DNA of 64,000 nucleotides from an uncultured Gammaproteobacteria bacterium. GTDB taxonomy: Bacteria > Patescibacteriota > Microgenomatia > UBA10105 > UBA927. Where the stretch lies: positions 229,616-293,615 of the forward strand of contig CAZEVT010000001.1 of assembly GCA_964515005.1 (NCBI GenBank), written 5' to 3'. A model generated the notes under the pieces. It searched no databases. It was given only the letters and a program-made list of their open reading frames with translations, and was not told the DNA's origin. Made by a program: the position numbers and the translations under genes. Positions 27,615 through 37,545 of the stretch are shown here, piece by piece; position 1 is the stretch's first letter, and each line of letters begins with the position of its first letter.

Positions 27615-28502
27615 ATGAATCGCCTCGTTCTTATCGATGGCAACGCGGTTTTGCACCGCGCGTACCATGCAATTCCACCCCTCACCGCGCCTGATGGGTC
27701 GGTCGTCAATGCGGTCTACGGATTTGCATCGATGCTTGTCCGGCTCGTCCACGATCTCAAGCCTACTCATATTGCGGTAGCCTTTGACCGCCCCAAGCCC
27801 ACTTTCCGGAAGAAACTGTTTGAAGGCTACCAGGCCAAGCGTCCGAAGATGGACGACGCGCTTTCCGACCAGATTCCCAAAGTGCATGATTTGATCACCG
27901 CCTTCGGGATTCCGATTTTTGAAAAAGACGGATTTGAGGCAGATGACGTGCTCGGAACACTGGCAAAAAAAGCCAGAGATCAAGTGATCATTGTGACGGG
28001 GGATAGAGATATATTGCAGCTTGTTAAAGATGATAAAGTTTTTGTGTACATGCCTACGAAAGGGTTATCCGAGGCGAAATTGTACGATGAAAAAGCCGTG
28101 GTCGAACGGATGGGAGTGGCACCAAACAAAATTCCGGATTTTAAGGCACTGGCCGGAGATCCATCCGATAACTATCCCGGAGTACCCGGCATTGGTCCCA
28201 AAACAGCGGTCGCACTCCTCACCAAATACAAATCTCTTGAAAAAATTCTTGCAACAAAAGAGCTATCATCAACTGAAAAAGAAAGTGCGCGCATGTCCTA
28301 CGATCTTGCAACAATCCGTACAAACGTGCCTCTTGAAGGCTCCCTCGCGCCCACAGGAAGCCTGAATACGCCGGAAGCGATCGAGGAGTTGAGTAGATAT
28401 GGATTTCGGTCACTCATTAAACGGATAACAGGGGAGGTCAAACAGGAAGTCTCCAAAAAACAAAAGACTCAAAAAACATCCGAGCAGCAGCTGCTGCTGT
28501 AA
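27615..28502 (+). CDS. 5'-3' exonuclease (FEN-like, Pol I N-terminal-domain homolog)
   Basis: LVLIDGNAVLHRAYHAIPP N-terminus, 5'-3' exonuclease acidic motifs, H3TH region GIGPKTAVALL. Confidence 0.8.
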   Translation: MNRLVLIDGNAVLHRAYHAIPPLTAPDGSVVNAVYGFASMLVRLVHDLKPTHIAVAFDRPKPTFRKKLFEGYQAKRPKMDDALSDQIPKVHDLITAFGIPIFEKDGFEADDVLGTLAKKARDQVIIVTGDRDILQLVKDDKVFVYMPTKGLSEAKLYDEKAVVERMGVAPNKIPDFKALAGDPSDNYPGVPGIGPKTAVALLTKYKSLEKILATKELSSTEKESARMSYDLATIRTNVPLEGSLAPTGSLNTPEAIEELSRYGFRSLIKRITGEVKQEVSKKQKTQKTSEQQLLL

Positions 28503-28504
28503 CT

Positions 28505-29632
28505 ATGAAGATCGCTCTTGTTCATGATTATTTAGGAGAATTTGGTGGCGCGGAACGGGTCCTTCTTTCCCTCTGCGAGATGTTCCCCGAGGCGCCGATT
28601 TACACCGCATTTACCCGCCCGGGGCCGGCGTTGGACCGGTTTGGCGGCCGTGATATCCGTGTCTCCTGGGCCCAGCATATCCCCGGATTTGCAACGAAAC
28701 TCCATAGTCCGCTACGGTTTCTGGCGCCCGCCATCTGGAACAGTTTTGATTTTTCCGGCTACGACGTCATTATCGGTTCCTCAAGTTGGTACATTACCAA
28801 GGGGTTTGCCAAAAAAGGCCCTTCGACAGGCTCAGGGCGATCGAAGACGATCGAGATTTGCTATTGTCACACGCCACCCCGATGGCTTTATGGCTATCCG
28901 ACGTCCATTGAGTGGCAACGGTATGGAATTGTCCGCGCGTATGCCACGGTTGTCGGATTTTTCATGCGGCAGTACGACTACACCGCCGCCCAACGGGTTG
29001 ACTGGTTCATCGCCAACTCCAAAGAAACACAAAAAAGAATTCAGAAATTTTACCGGCGGGACTCGACCGTCATCTACCCGCCGATTGAACTCCCCAAGAT
29101 CCCAAAAGTGAAAAAAGGAAATTATTATCTTGTTGCATCGCGCTTGGTCGGCGGCAAAGGACTAACGCTTGCGGTTGCTGCAGCCAAAAAACTGGGATTT
29201 CCCCTGAAGATTGTCGGGGCGCCGGCCGGATATGGGAGAGAGTTTGAAGCCCTGCAAAAACACGCCGGCAAAAATATTGAATTTCTTGGCTACATTTCCG
29301 ATATGGAGCTGGCCCGGCTCTACGCCGGAGCGAAAGCATTTTTGGCTTTGGCCACCGACGAAGATTTTGGTATGACGCCGGTTGAGGCAATGGCCGCAGG
29401 CACTCCAGTTATTGCATTCGATGGGGGAGGATACCAGGAGTCGGTTATTGACGGAAAGACAGGAGTATTATTCCGTGCGCCTTCCGTTGACGGTCTTGTC
29501 TCAGCAATCGAAAAGTTGAACAAGATAACAATTTCTTCCGCCGCCTGCATCGCCCAGGCCCAAAAATTCAGCAAACGGAGATTTCAAAAACAATTCAAAG
29601 CCTTCGTTGAGGAAAAGTACACTTCCCAGTAG
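28505..29632 (+). CDS. Glycosyltransferase family 4 (GT-B)
   Basis: EDFGMTPVEAMAAGTPVIA E-x7-E-type C-terminal motif of GT4 enzymes. Confidence 0.75.
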   Translation: MKIALVHDYLGEFGGAERVLLSLCEMFPEAPIYTAFTRPGPALDRFGGRDIRVSWAQHIPGFATKLHSPLRFLAPAIWNSFDFSGYDVIIGSSSWYITKGFAKKGPSTGSGRSKTIEICYCHTPPRWLYGYPTSIEWQRYGIVRAYATVVGFFMRQYDYTAAQRVDWFIANSKETQKRIQKFYRRDSTVIYPPIELPKIPKVKKGNYYLVASRLVGGKGLTLAVAAAKKLGFPLKIVGAPAGYGREFEALQKHAGKNIEFLGYISDMELARLYAGAKAFLALATDEDFGMTPVEAMAAGTPVIAFDGGGYQESVIDGKTGVLFRAPSVDGLVSAIEKLNKITISSAACIAQAQKFSKRRFQKQFKAFVEEKYTSQ

Positions 29633-29660
29633 CCTCGAAAACGCGTATACTTAGATTCAT

Positions 29661-30581
29661 ATGGGGGTACTCACGGTAAAAAATCTTACGAAGCGGTTTG
29701 GAAAATTTACCGCAGTAGACAACATTTCTTTTGACGTAGCGGAAGGAGAGATTGTCGGGCTTCTTGGCCCCAATGGGGCAGGGAAGACGACCACCATTCA
29801 GATGTTATTGGATTTGGTTACCCCTAGCTCCGGGGCGATTTGCTATTTCGGTAAGCCGTTTCCCAAAGAGCGCCAGTACATTCTTTCCCGCATTAACTTT
29901 GCTTCAGCCTACGCGCATATGCAAGGGAGGATGACCGTGGGCCAAGACTTGGATATTTACGCAGGATTGTATGAGGTAAAAAATCCCCGTCAGAAAATCC
30001 GTGAACTACTGGTGCTTTTGGAAATCGAAGGCCTTGAACACGAGTTGTTTTGGCATTTGTCTGCGGGTCAAAAAACACGGGTAATATTGGCAAAAGCGTT
30101 CCTCAATAGCCCGCAGCTCATCCTTATGGACGAGCCAACCGCGAGTCTTGACCCTGATATTGCCAACAAAGTGGTGGAATTTATAGAGGGGCTGCAAAAA
30201 AAGGAGCGCGTATCGATTTTGTATACCTCGCATAATATGGCAGAGGTAGAGAGGCTTTGCGACCGGGTGATATTCTTGGATCACGGCAAGATTGTTGCCG
30301 AGGATACGCCCTTGGGGCTCACCAAGCGCGTCGGAAACTCACGCCTTATCCTCACCTTTGACGGAGATAAGGGCCCGGTCGCACGATACTTAGACACAGA
30401 AGGTTTAGCACACACATTTCCGCGGGCACATGCGGTCGCTATTTCCCTCCTTGAAACGGACATACCAAAGGTGCTCTTTGGGTTTCGGAAACACAAGGTT
30501 TGGATTACGGAAATCGATGTTGAGAAACCCGATTTAGAAGACGTATTTTTATCAATTGCCGGAGGAACATATGAGCAGTAA
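29661..30581 (+). CDS. ABC transporter ATP-binding protein (Wzt/TagH-like, no extra C-domain)
   Basis: Walker A GPNGAGKTTT, signature LSAGQKTRV, Walker B ILMDEP. Confidence 0.85.
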   Translation: MGVLTVKNLTKRFGKFTAVDNISFDVAEGEIVGLLGPNGAGKTTTIQMLLDLVTPSSGAICYFGKPFPKERQYILSRINFASAYAHMQGRMTVGQDLDIYAGLYEVKNPRQKIRELLVLLEIEGLEHELFWHLSAGQKTRVILAKAFLNSPQLILMDEPTASLDPDIANKVVEFIEGLQKKERVSILYTSHNMAEVERLCDRVIFLDHGKIVAEDTPLGLTKRVGNSRLILTFDGDKGPVARYLDTEGLAHTFPRAHAVAISLLETDIPKVLFGFRKHKVWITEIDVEKPDLEDVFLSIAGGTYEQ

Positions 30582-31353
30582 GAGACTTAAGGTCGTCCTT
30601 CTCCATACGTGGTATCACTTTTTACATAGTGTCGAAACATGGGTGGATGTATTTTGGCAACCGGCTATTCAGATGTGGGTGTATACCTTGATCGCCCTTT
30701 CCTTTGGGGCAACCGGAGACGCGCGGGGCACGAATATCATGGTGGGCATGATTTTTTGGAATTTTATATGGGTGGGGGAGTATGCAATTACCGTCGGAGC
30801 GCTGTGGGAAGTGTGGGCGCGAAGCTTCAGCAGTCTGTTTATTTCGCCTTTATCGATGGAGGAGTTTATTGTAGGTCAGATGATCTCAGGGACGCTCAAA
30901 TCACTCATGGCCTTTGCGATGACATCAGTCATTGCGTATTTTTTGTACCATTTTTCTATCCTCTCACTTGGGTGGACGACGATCATCTACATTCTCGAAC
31001 TGTTGGTTTTTTCATGGGCGCTGGGTTTGATGGTTTTAGGCCTCATTTTCCGCTTCGGCATGCAGATACAGTCGTTGTCCTGGGCGCTGGTTTTTTTGAT
31101 ACAGCCCATTGGCGCCGTGTTTTATCCGGTATCGGTGTTGCCTGCTAGTATCAGGTGGATTTCCTACAGCATGCCCTCGACGTATGTATTTGAAACCATG
31201 CGTGGACAGTTGACTCATGGCGTTGTTGATTGGCGGGCGCTGGCGATTGCCGGCATACTCAATGTAGTGTGGTTTGTTGCGGGGTGGATTATTTTTCAGA
31301 TTATCTACCGAGGCGTGAAGCGAAGCGGAGCGTTTGTGAGGCTGGAGGGATAA
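30571..31353 (+). CDS. ABC-2 type exporter permease (Wzm/TagG-like)
   Basis: Six-TM ABC-2 permease; GGAGGA RBS inside the end of the ATPase gene; 11-nt overlap. Confidence 0.75.
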   Translation: MSSKRLKVVLLHTWYHFLHSVETWVDVFWQPAIQMWVYTLIALSFGATGDARGTNIMVGMIFWNFIWVGEYAITVGALWEVWARSFSSLFISPLSMEEFIVGQMISGTLKSLMAFAMTSVIAYFLYHFSILSLGWTTIIYILELLVFSWALGLMVLGLIFRFGMQIQSLSWALVFLIQPIGAVFYPVSVLPASIRWISYSMPSTYVFETMRGQLTHGVVDWRALAIAGILNVVWFVAGWIIFQIIYRGVKRSGAFVRLEG

Positions 31354-31376
31354 ATAGGTGGGCAGAAAAAAAAATC

Positions 31377-33938
31377 TTAGTTTTCTTGTTCTTCAACTTT
31401 CTTATCAAAGTGGTCAATGTTTAAATCATATGAGTAAATCCATGATTGTCCGTTCGGGTCGATGCGCGTTTGGCCTTGTAGTGCAGGCGAAGAATAATTT
31501 TCTTTATGGGGAAATAGTACCGCGAGTGCGGCTAAACGTTCTGCTAATTGATATTTCGCGTACCAGTCACGAATGGTACGTACAACAAATCGAGCTTGTT
31601 CAATGGCCGATTCGTCATCCATGAGTTTTTCTCCGATTTTGGGTATGACCGTTTCAACCAATTGACCAGATTTAGTGTCTACGGGTATGTTATAAGTGAT
31701 GAAGGTGTCGGCATCTTTTTCGTCAAGCTCCCGAAGGTGAGGTCCGTGCGGATGTATCTGAATGATAAACTCATTGTTGCTTGAGCAAGACGCGGTCCAG
31801 GCGCAGTGCTGAAATTTAATTTCGGGGATTTCGGATAATTTATCTTTTGGAATATGGCCGACAAAAATTTCTGTAAGCGCTGCGTTTCCCCGCCACGCGT
31901 GATATCCGCCATATTTTGATTTTGTATAAAATGGATTGGCAAAAAACTCATCAATATCCTCTTCTGATGTGAAGACGGCCCACGGGCCTTTCCCGCCGTC
32001 AACATCCGGGAAGTGTGCGGTTCGAAGCGTGGCATCCCCGCCCGAACGGAGAATTTCCTTCACACGGCTTTTGATACCCACCACATCGTCTGCTTGTTTG
32101 ATATCGTACTCCATACGGATGTCCCGGGGAATTACCTGAATAAATGCGGCTTCAATCTTGGCTTTTCTGGATTGATATTCTTCCAAAGAAGTAAGCTTTT
32201 GGGTTGCCGTTTCGGCAATGTCGGAGATTTTCCATTCATCTTCCGGCGTCACTAAAAGTTGCCAAGGGTTTTGTCTCCGCTGCACATCCCACGATTTTGC
32301 TATTTCCAGAGCGTCCGCTGTTAAAAGGCTGCTCCCTGGTATTTCGGCGAGGGGGATAATCCCTCGGAATACTTCCCCAGTGGTTCCGTTTATGGTGACG
32401 ACGTCTCCTTTTTGTAGAGATTGATGCAGGCGGCCATCAAAAATGATCGGTCGATTCATACGCGCTCCTATGCGACCGGAGTGCGCGCCAATGCCTCCGC
32501 CGTGAGTGAACACACCTGCCACATTTTGAGGAAGTTTCAATAGATCGATCTTGGTGTTTTTTGGGGCCATCAGTACAACGTCAAGACGTGGTTGTTTTTT
32601 GGCCTCTTCTATGGAAAATACGACTACCCCGGTCGCGTGCCCATTCGTTATTCGTTGTCCGGTCGTGACCAAATCCCGAAGTCTTGCTTTTTCCATGGCT
32701 TTGGGGTCCAAATCGTAGTCCAAAACTGAATAGAGAATTCCCGCGGTTGCCAGCCGCATTGCAGTTTTTTCTGACATCTTTGCATCCTTTATTTGTTCGA
32801 GGAGCCAGAGAACATATGCGGGATTGGTGAGTGGTTCTCTGCGATCCTGAAGACCCCATCTATGTTCGTGTCCTTCAGCATCAACTTGGATGGTAAATTC
32901 AAAGTCCCGGGGGAATTGATAATAACTTTCAAGATCCTGGATCCACCTGCGTATTTCCTGTTTACCCGCATCGGAAATTGGAAGATCATCAATACTCATC
33001 TGTCTGTGTGGCGAGTCGCCGACAGGCGCATTTCCTTGCACGTGGGGTAACCATCCGACCACAGGCTCCTTGTCCAGTGTTTGCGGATCCCGCGAAAGCA
33101 CAACGCCGGACCCAGACCCTTCCCATTGAGAATTACCCCATACCATTCTCTGTACGGTGACTGCGGTTCCCAAATACTCCGATATACCAAACCGCCTGCG
33201 GTAGGCAATAGCTTCCGGACTGTTCCAAGATTCAAATACCGCATTCGTAGCCAAACGAAGTTGTTCATGAGGGTCCTGGGGAAATTCTTGGCACATATAT
33301 TTTACCCGAGCCTTCGTTATTTCCAAAAAAGATTTGATCATGAATAAGGGCAGTTCGTTGATACGTGCAAACCCCAGTGCTTCTTTGGCCGTGTCTTTGA
33401 GTTTTTCAATAACGGACATGTCGACGTGACAGATGTCCTCGGCAAATTGTTTGACGAAATGGTAATATGCAATCCACGCAGCATTTTCTCCAATTTCCTT
33501 TGCAAGCGCATGGATGGTATTTTTATTGAGTCCGATATTGAGGATTGTTTTCATGGCACCGGGCATGGAAGTTTCAGCGCCGGATCGGACGGAAACAAAT
33601 AAGGGGTGTTCCGGGTCACCGAAGCGTTCCTTAGTGATCTTTTCCAACTGACCCACGCGTGTCGTCAATTCTTCAGCCACTGGTTTCGGTAAAGCATTTT
33701 CAGAAAGATATGCTCTTCCTACATCGGTGCTTAAAGTAAACTCCGGGGGAATGGGGATTCCAAGCTTCGTCATTACCAAAAGACTTAACGCTTTACCACC
33801 GAGGGCTTCCTTCGTTGCGGGAACGAGTGAGTCTTCATCGGTATCCCAGGATGCCCGGCTGTATGAAAATTGCCGCGGTTCTCCCTCGGTTGAATGTAAT
33901 CTGTCCTGTTCTGGCCGTCTTAACGATGTGGATGCCAT
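31377..33938 (-). CDS. PEP-utilizing-enzyme family phosphotransferase: PPDK-type N-terminal ATP-grasp domain + central phospho-His swivel domain + unrecognised ~300-aa C-terminal domain (no TIM-barrel PEP domain)
   Basis: N-terminus GGKALSLLVMTKLGIPIPPEF...YYHF like PPDK/PpsA nucleotide-binding domain; swivel domain ...VAGVFTHGGGIGAHSGRIGARMNRPIIFDG...DVVTINGTTGEVF; C-terminal region matches nothing I recognise. Confidence 0.65.
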   Translation of the reverse strand: MASTSLRRPEQDRLHSTEGEPRQFSYSRASWDTDEDSLVPATKEALGGKALSLLVMTKLGIPIPPEFTLSTDVGRAYLSENALPKPVAEELTTRVGQLEKITKERFGDPEHPLFVSVRSGAETSMPGAMKTILNIGLNKNTIHALAKEIGENAAWIAYYHFVKQFAEDICHVDMSVIEKLKDTAKEALGFARINELPLFMIKSFLEITKARVKYMCQEFPQDPHEQLRLATNAVFESWNSPEAIAYRRRFGISEYLGTAVTVQRMVWGNSQWEGSGSGVVLSRDPQTLDKEPVVGWLPHVQGNAPVGDSPHRQMSIDDLPISDAGKQEIRRWIQDLESYYQFPRDFEFTIQVDAEGHEHRWGLQDRREPLTNPAYVLWLLEQIKDAKMSEKTAMRLATAGILYSVLDYDLDPKAMEKARLRDLVTTGQRITNGHATGVVVFSIEEAKKQPRLDVVLMAPKNTKIDLLKLPQNVAGVFTHGGGIGAHSGRIGARMNRPIIFDGRLHQSLQKGDVVTINGTTGEVFRGIIPLAEIPGSSLLTADALEIAKSWDVQRRQNPWQLLVTPEDEWKISDIAETATQKLTSLEEYQSRKAKIEAAFIQVIPRDIRMEYDIKQADDVVGIKSRVKEILRSGGDATLRTAHFPDVDGGKGPWAVFTSEEDIDEFFANPFYTKSKYGGYHAWRGNAALTEIFVGHIPKDKLSEIPEIKFQHCAWTASCSSNNEFIIQIHPHGPHLRELDEKDADTFITYNIPVDTKSGQLVETVIPKIGEKLMDDESAIEQARFVVRTIRDWYAKYQLAERLAALAVLFPHKENYSSPALQGQTRIDPNGQSWIYSYDLNIDHFDKKVEEQEN

Positions 33939-34039
33939 AGCGACTACACGAGCGCGTGTCGGGGGATTGTACCAAAATTAGTCCGAAGAGTAAAACTATG
34001 AGGTTGCTATTGATTGTATTGTATCACACAGTGTAATCG

Positions 34040-34663
34040 TTAAACAGAGGCACGTATTACTGAGGGAGGTTTGATGGTGAGCGCAATGGTTCTAATAATA
34101 TCTTTTTTGAGCCCTTCATGTTCTAGATCGCGTGAGTGGATTGAAACAACCGGAAGATGTGTTTGGGCTACCCACTCATTGTGAAGCCGTGTGAGCGTAT
34201 CGACAAAATCAGGGTCGGCATCGTCATGACCTTTATTGCGACGTTTTAGCCTTGCCATAAGAAAATCCTTGTCATCTTTGAGGTATAGCGTGAGGTCGGG
34301 GATAGCGAGATGTTGGGTAAGTCGCGCGGCTAAATCACCATATCGGGTGTTTTGGTCGGGAGTCAGAATAATTGTTGAATGCAGGAGGTATGTGGGAAAA
34401 CCAGAATCGATAATCGCGATTTTTCCGTCTTCCAGAAGACGCGTCGCCTCTGAGAGACGCCGGACGTACTGTTGCAAAAACCAAACTTGGTTGTTCCACG
34501 AGTGTTCGCCGCTGCGGTGCGCGTCGGCCATATACGGGTTGTCTTCGGTGGTTTCCAAAAAAACAGTAGCGCCTAACGCCACCCCCAGATCTTTGGCAAA
34601 TGTAGTTTTGCCCCCACATGTGGGGCCGATAAGCTCAATGAGCTTGCCGTATTCTGGAGTCAT
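34040..34663 (-). CDS. Deoxynucleoside kinase (dCK/dGK family)
   Basis: P-loop IGPTCGGKTTFAK; dNK-family E-R-S-like region and LID; 207 aa. Confidence 0.75.
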   Translation of the reverse strand: MTPEYGKLIELIGPTCGGKTTFAKDLGVALGATVFLETTEDNPYMADAHRSGEHSWNNQVWFLQQYVRRLSEATRLLEDGKIAIIDSGFPTYLLHSTIILTPDQNTRYGDLAARLTQHLAIPDLTLYLKDDKDFLMARLKRRNKGHDDADPDFVDTLTRLHNEWVAQTHLPVVSIHSRDLEHEGLKKDIIRTIALTIKPPSVIRASV

Positions 34664-34723
34664 ACGTGACGGGAGTATAGCAGAATGGATACGGAGAGTA
34701 AAACTATAAGATTAAATAGTGTA

Positions 34724-34936
34724 TTAATCTTTTCTACTTGGTTGGTCGCTTCTAACAGCAGTTGTGGCTTCACTCATTGCAGCGCCGGCCGCTTGCGAAG
34801 GCGTGGCACCTGCATCTATGGCGCCTTGTCTCAGTATATCGGCGGTTCTTGCTGCTTTTTTAGCCACTTTCCTGTGGGCATCGGCAATCATTCCTGGTGT
34901 AATTGGTGTTTCCGGTGTGGGTGGTCCTGCTGTCAT
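34724..34936 (-). CDS. Small hypothetical protein (70 aa), possibly first gene of the dNK/phosphotransferase transcript
   Basis: AGGAAG RBS 7 nt upstream of ATG; Ala-rich; an overlapping plus-strand ORF lacks an RBS. Confidence 0.3.
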   Translation of the reverse strand: MTAGPPTPETPITPGMIADAHRKVAKKAARTADILRQGAIDAGATPSQAAGAAMSEATTAVRSDQPSRKD

Positions 34937-35021
34937 ATATTTTCTTCCTAAGTATTGCTAGTTTAACATAGTATGGCTTCGTTGACAAATACGTGAGGTT
35001 CCCGTAAGATGATTGCATTGT

Positions 35022-35726
35022 ATGGCTGATAAGAATGGTACATTTATTCTTTCTGTTGGCGGATCTCTCATCATCCCCAATGGTATTGTCGACACCAAAT
35101 TTTTGAGTGAGTTTAATACCTTTATCCGAAAACAAGTCTCCGAAAAAAAGCGGAGATTTTTTATCGTGGTGGGGGGCGGGTCGATTGCCGCTAAATACAT
35201 CGACGCGGCCAAAGAAATACGGGGGAAGGATTTGAGCGACGCAGACAAAGACTGGCTTGGTATTCACGCGACGCGTCTCAACGCTCAACTCGTCCGTACT
35301 GTTTTTCAGGATATTGCCGATGCCCGGGTCATCAAACACTATGAAATTATTTTGAAAATTACCCACCCGGTGGCGGTTGCGGCCGGTTGGAAGCCCGGAT
35401 GGAGTACCGACTACGATGCGGTAACCTTGTGCGCGGATTATGGGGTGCGGGAAGTTATAAACTTAACCAATATCGACAAAGTCTATGACAAAGATCCGAA
35501 TAAGTTTACCGATGCCAAACCGATGGATGAGATCACCTGGAAAAAGTACCGCGCGCTCGTCGGCGACACCTGGAGCCCGCGGATGAGCGCTCCCTTTGAC
35601 CCGATTGCATCCAAGCTCGCCCAGGAGCTCGGGATCACCGTCAAAATCCTCAACGGCAAGAATCTCGAGAACCTCGGAAAAGCCCTGGACGAGAAGCCTT
35701 TTTTTGGCACCACGATTCGGGCATGA
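35022..35726 (+). CDS. pyrH: UMP kinase (archaeal-type PyrH, amino-acid-kinase fold)
   Basis: FILSVGGSLI glycine-rich N-motif and IVVGGGSIA motif of archaeal UMP kinases. Confidence 0.7.
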   Translation: MADKNGTFILSVGGSLIIPNGIVDTKFLSEFNTFIRKQVSEKKRRFFIVVGGGSIAAKYIDAAKEIRGKDLSDADKDWLGIHATRLNAQLVRTVFQDIADARVIKHYEIILKITHPVAVAAGWKPGWSTDYDAVTLCADYGVREVINLTNIDKVYDKDPNKFTDAKPMDEITWKKYRALVGDTWSPRMSAPFDPIASKLAQELGITVKILNGKNLENLGKALDEKPFFGTTIRA

Positions 35727-36742
35727 TTCTCACTGAGCTTAGCCTCCAACAATTCCGAAGCTACGGAAAAAAATCATTTGTGTTTTCTCCCACGACCACT
35801 CTTGTCGTGGGTCCTAATACCGCGGGGAAAACAAATATTCTTGAGGCGATTATGATGATGGCAACGGGTAAAAGTTTCCGCGCGGACCGGGATGCAGAGA
35901 TGATTCGGTGGGGGGATTCGTTCTGCCGAATCAAGGCTCAAATTTCAGATCAAACAACATTGGAATTACTATTAACCCCGACAAAAAAATTTCTCGTCAA
36001 TGGTATTGCACGCCGGCAAATTGACTTTGTCGGTAATCTGCGGGCAGTTCTTTTTTGGCCGGAACACCTGGAACTCGTGACCGATAGCCCCTCGATGCGG
36101 CGAAAGTATTTGGATTATGTACTGGTGCAGATAGACCGCGAGTATCGCAGAAATTTAATTTCTTACGAGCGGGGATTGCGGCAGAGAAACCGTCTTCTAG
36201 ATCTTATTAGCGAGGGCCGCGCGCACCGGCACCAGCTTGGGTTTTGGGACCAGCTGCTGATCCGTTCCGGAGGGTATTTGACGGATAAACGGGCAGCGTA
36301 TATTGACTTTGTCAACAGTTTTCAGTCTTTGGTTGAAGGGTTTCAGATCGAATACGACAAGAGCGTCATCTCAGAGGGGAGACTCCAGCAGTATGGCCAG
36401 GAAGAGGTGGCGGTCAAAGCAACACTGGTGGGACCGCACCGGGATGACTTCGTAGTTCTCAAGAATGATCTGGATTTAAGTAAATACGGAAGCCGCGGGG
36501 AGCAACGCCTCGCCATTTTATGGTTGAAGCTTGCGGAACTTGCGTATATTGATGGTGAAACCGGGGAGCGGCCGCTCCTCATCTTGGATGATATATTTTC
36601 AGAGCTAGACGCGCGTCACCGAAAATTAGTTTTGGATCTTTTGGGTAAACAGCAAACGGTCGTCAGTTCGGCGGAGGAAGAAGTGGTGACCCTTTTCAAA
36701 AGGCGCAAGCTTGCGGCAACCATTATCCGGTTAGGCGGATAA
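35723..36742 (+). CDS. recF: DNA replication and repair protein RecF
   Basis: L.L..FRSY N-terminus, Walker A GPNTAGKTNILEAI, signature and Walker B LLILDDIFSELD. Confidence 0.85.
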   Translation: MILTELSLQQFRSYGKKSFVFSPTTTLVVGPNTAGKTNILEAIMMMATGKSFRADRDAEMIRWGDSFCRIKAQISDQTTLELLLTPTKKFLVNGIARRQIDFVGNLRAVLFWPEHLELVTDSPSMRRKYLDYVLVQIDREYRRNLISYERGLRQRNRLLDLISEGRAHRHQLGFWDQLLIRSGGYLTDKRAAYIDFVNSFQSLVEGFQIEYDKSVISEGRLQQYGQEEVAVKATLVGPHRDDFVVLKNDLDLSKYGSRGEQRLAILWLKLAELAYIDGETGERPLLILDDIFSELDARHRKLVLDLLGKQQTVVSSAEEEVVTLFKRRKLAATIIRLGG

Positions 36743-36744
36743 TT

Positions 36745-37545
36745 GTGTACAATACACTCATGAAAGCAGTAACGACAGATGACGTCAAAATGCTCGTCAC
36801 CCCAGCACGCGGCTCACATAAAGGGCAAAACGGCCGACTTCTGGTTATCGGCGGATCCCACCTGTTTCATGCCGCGAGCCTGTGGGCGCTCACGGTTGCG
36901 TCCCGGATTGTAGACCTCGTGCATTACTCTTCGGTGCCGGAAAACAATGCGATAGTGCACGAAGAAAAAAAAGAATTCAGAAACGGAATCGTGGTACCAC
37001 GAACGGATGTGGATGCCTACATTGAGGAGGACGACGTTATTCTTTTAGGTCCCGGCATGACGCGGGATAGTGAAACAGAAACACTCACGAATTCGTTGCT
37101 TAAGAAATATCCAAATAAACAGTGGGTTTTGGATGCCGGGGCGCTGCAGATGATGGATCTGAATTTTATTCCCAACCACGCCATTCTAACGCCCCACCAC
37201 GGTGAATTTGCGCACGCTTTTGGAGAGGCAGATGTTGCCAGTGTTGCCCGCAAATATCAATGTATTGTGCTTCTCAAAGGAGATAAAGATATCGCTTCTG
37301 ATGGCCGAGAAACACGGATCATTGAGGGCGGAAATCCCGGGATGACCAAGGGTGGGACCGGAGATGTGCTTGCCGGGCTTATTGCGGCTTTGGCCTGTAA
37401 AAACGACCCATTTCTGGCGACAATAGCAGGATCATTTATCAATAAAAAAGCAGGAGACGCGTTATTTGCAAAAGTCGGTCCCTACTTTAATGCCACGGAC
37501 CTTGCCAACCAAATTCCCCTGACGATGAAAGAGCTTCTTTTATAG
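36745..37545 (+). CDS. nnrD: ADP-dependent NAD(P)H-hydrate dehydratase (YjeF C-terminal/Nnr family)
   Basis: Carbohydrate-kinase-like fold with GGTGDVLAGLIAAL motif. Confidence 0.75.
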   Translation: MYNTLMKAVTTDDVKMLVTPARGSHKGQNGRLLVIGGSHLFHAASLWALTVASRIVDLVHYSSVPENNAIVHEEKKEFRNGIVVPRTDVDAYIEEDDVILLGPGMTRDSETETLTNSLLKKYPNKQWVLDAGALQMMDLNFIPNHAILTPHHGEFAHAFGEADVASVARKYQCIVLLKGDKDIASDGRETRIIEGGNPGMTKGGTGDVLAGLIAALACKNDPFLATIAGSFINKKAGDALFAKVGPYFNATDLANQIPLTMKELLL

